Part shown: positions 31,750 through 32,000 of the stretch, one piece after another
Numbering within the stretch: position 1 is the first letter of the stretch
How the letters are laid out: every line of letters starts with the position of its first letter
Assembly: GCA_025839675.1 (NCBI GenBank)
Contig: CP104013.1
Location: 3,120,001-3,152,000 of the forward strand
DNA from: Candidatus Lokiarchaeum ossiferum
GTDB lineage: Archaea > Asgardarchaeota > Lokiarchaeia > Sigyniarchaeales > Promethearchaeaceae
DNA length: 32,000 bases
Direction: 5' to 3'
Notes under the pieces: generated by a model
Databases searched by the model: none
What the model was told of the DNA's origin: nothing
The model's input: only the letters and a program-made list of their open reading frames with translations
Made by a program: the position numbers and the translations under genes

Positions 31750-31872
31750 AATCACATTGGTTTAACCGATCCAAAAAAAAAAGGTTTTAGAATCCAAACA
31801 AAAAGGAACTGAAAAAGTATCAATTGTTGATGAACAAGGCTAGTTTCCCTTCAATGAATACGTAAATTTAAA

Positions 31873-31992
31873 GGTCCCGCATGAACAGCGGACCAATATG
31901 GTCCGTAAAAGAAAGTACCCCGGAACGGGGCGAAATCAAGGTGATGTGACCATCACCATCCAAAAAGACAAAATAAAATTCATGCGGAGACC
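31873..31992. ncRNA. Candidate structured RNA (~120 nt): 13-bp closing helix enclosing three perfect hairpins; family and strand unknown
   Basis: The region is GC-enriched within AT-rich intergenic DNA. P1 pairs GGUCCCGCAUGAA (31873-85) with UUCAUGCGG(A)GACC (31979-92). Hairpins are CGGACC-AAUAU-GGUCCG (31889-905), CCCCG-GAA-CGGGG (31918-30) and GGUGAUG-UGAC-CAUCACC (31940-57), followed by an A-rich single-stranded tail. Confidence 0.35.
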
Positions 31993-32000
31993 AATATTCT

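Noticed and set aside
31873-31992. Structured element considered as 5S rRNA or a tRNA-like gene
   Set aside because: The length suits 5S rRNA, but none of the conserved 5S loop motifs (e.g. CCGAAC...GAAGUUAAGC, GUACUGGG) is present, and the junction has three hairpins rather than two arms. There is no T-loop or anticodon-arm pattern for a tRNA.
1-32000. Mobile elements, prophage, defence islands, toxin-antitoxin or CRISPR-Cas content
   Set aside because: No transposase, integrase or recombinase motifs, no inverted terminal repeats flanking genes, no cas/RM/abortive-infection signatures, and no compositional island were seen. The tRNA gene has no adjacent integrase or att-like duplication of its 3' end.

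Overview
AT-rich archaeal chromosomal segment, densely coding on both strands. It is dominated by information-processing and housekeeping genes: TFB, RNA polymerase subunit P (missed by the ORF track), FtsZ, two RPA-type ssDNA-binding proteins, and a minus-strand translation/ribosome-biogenesis gene string (initiator-type tRNA-Met, RPA32-like, aIF2-beta, DUF424, NMD3, RIO kinase, Dim2/Pno1-like KH protein). It also carries a panB-DUF72-panE cluster, three PP-loop ATPases, an S2P/M50 protease, a PAC2 proteasome chaperone, pcm and a PfkB kinase. Several products look like eukaryotic-signature proteins: a Rab-like GTPase, a profilin-like protein next to a possibly gelsolin-like membrane protein, a RING-like zinc finger, and an RPA32-like OB+wH protein. 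By inference only, the source is probably an Asgard (Loki-type) archaeon. I saw no transposase, integrase, CRISPR array or recognisable defence/toxin genes, so this reads as core chromosome rather than an accessory island. The most unusual signals are: (1) a 15-nt motif ATATCACGATRTTAT recurring in intergenic DNA, three near-identical copies plus one weaker copy, all on the + strand; (2) four direct copies of a bipartite AT-rich element in the 425-bp spacer upstream of panB; (3) a tRNA-Met(CAT) with initiator hallmarks interrupted by a ~32-nt insert in the D-loop; (4) a GC-enriched ~120-nt multi-hairpin candidate RNA at the right edge of the window; (5) the profilin-like/gelsolin-like gene pair. 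Many ORF-track starts are GTG/TTG extensions and were trimmed to internal ATGs. All homology calls come from motif recognition by eye and no database search was run.
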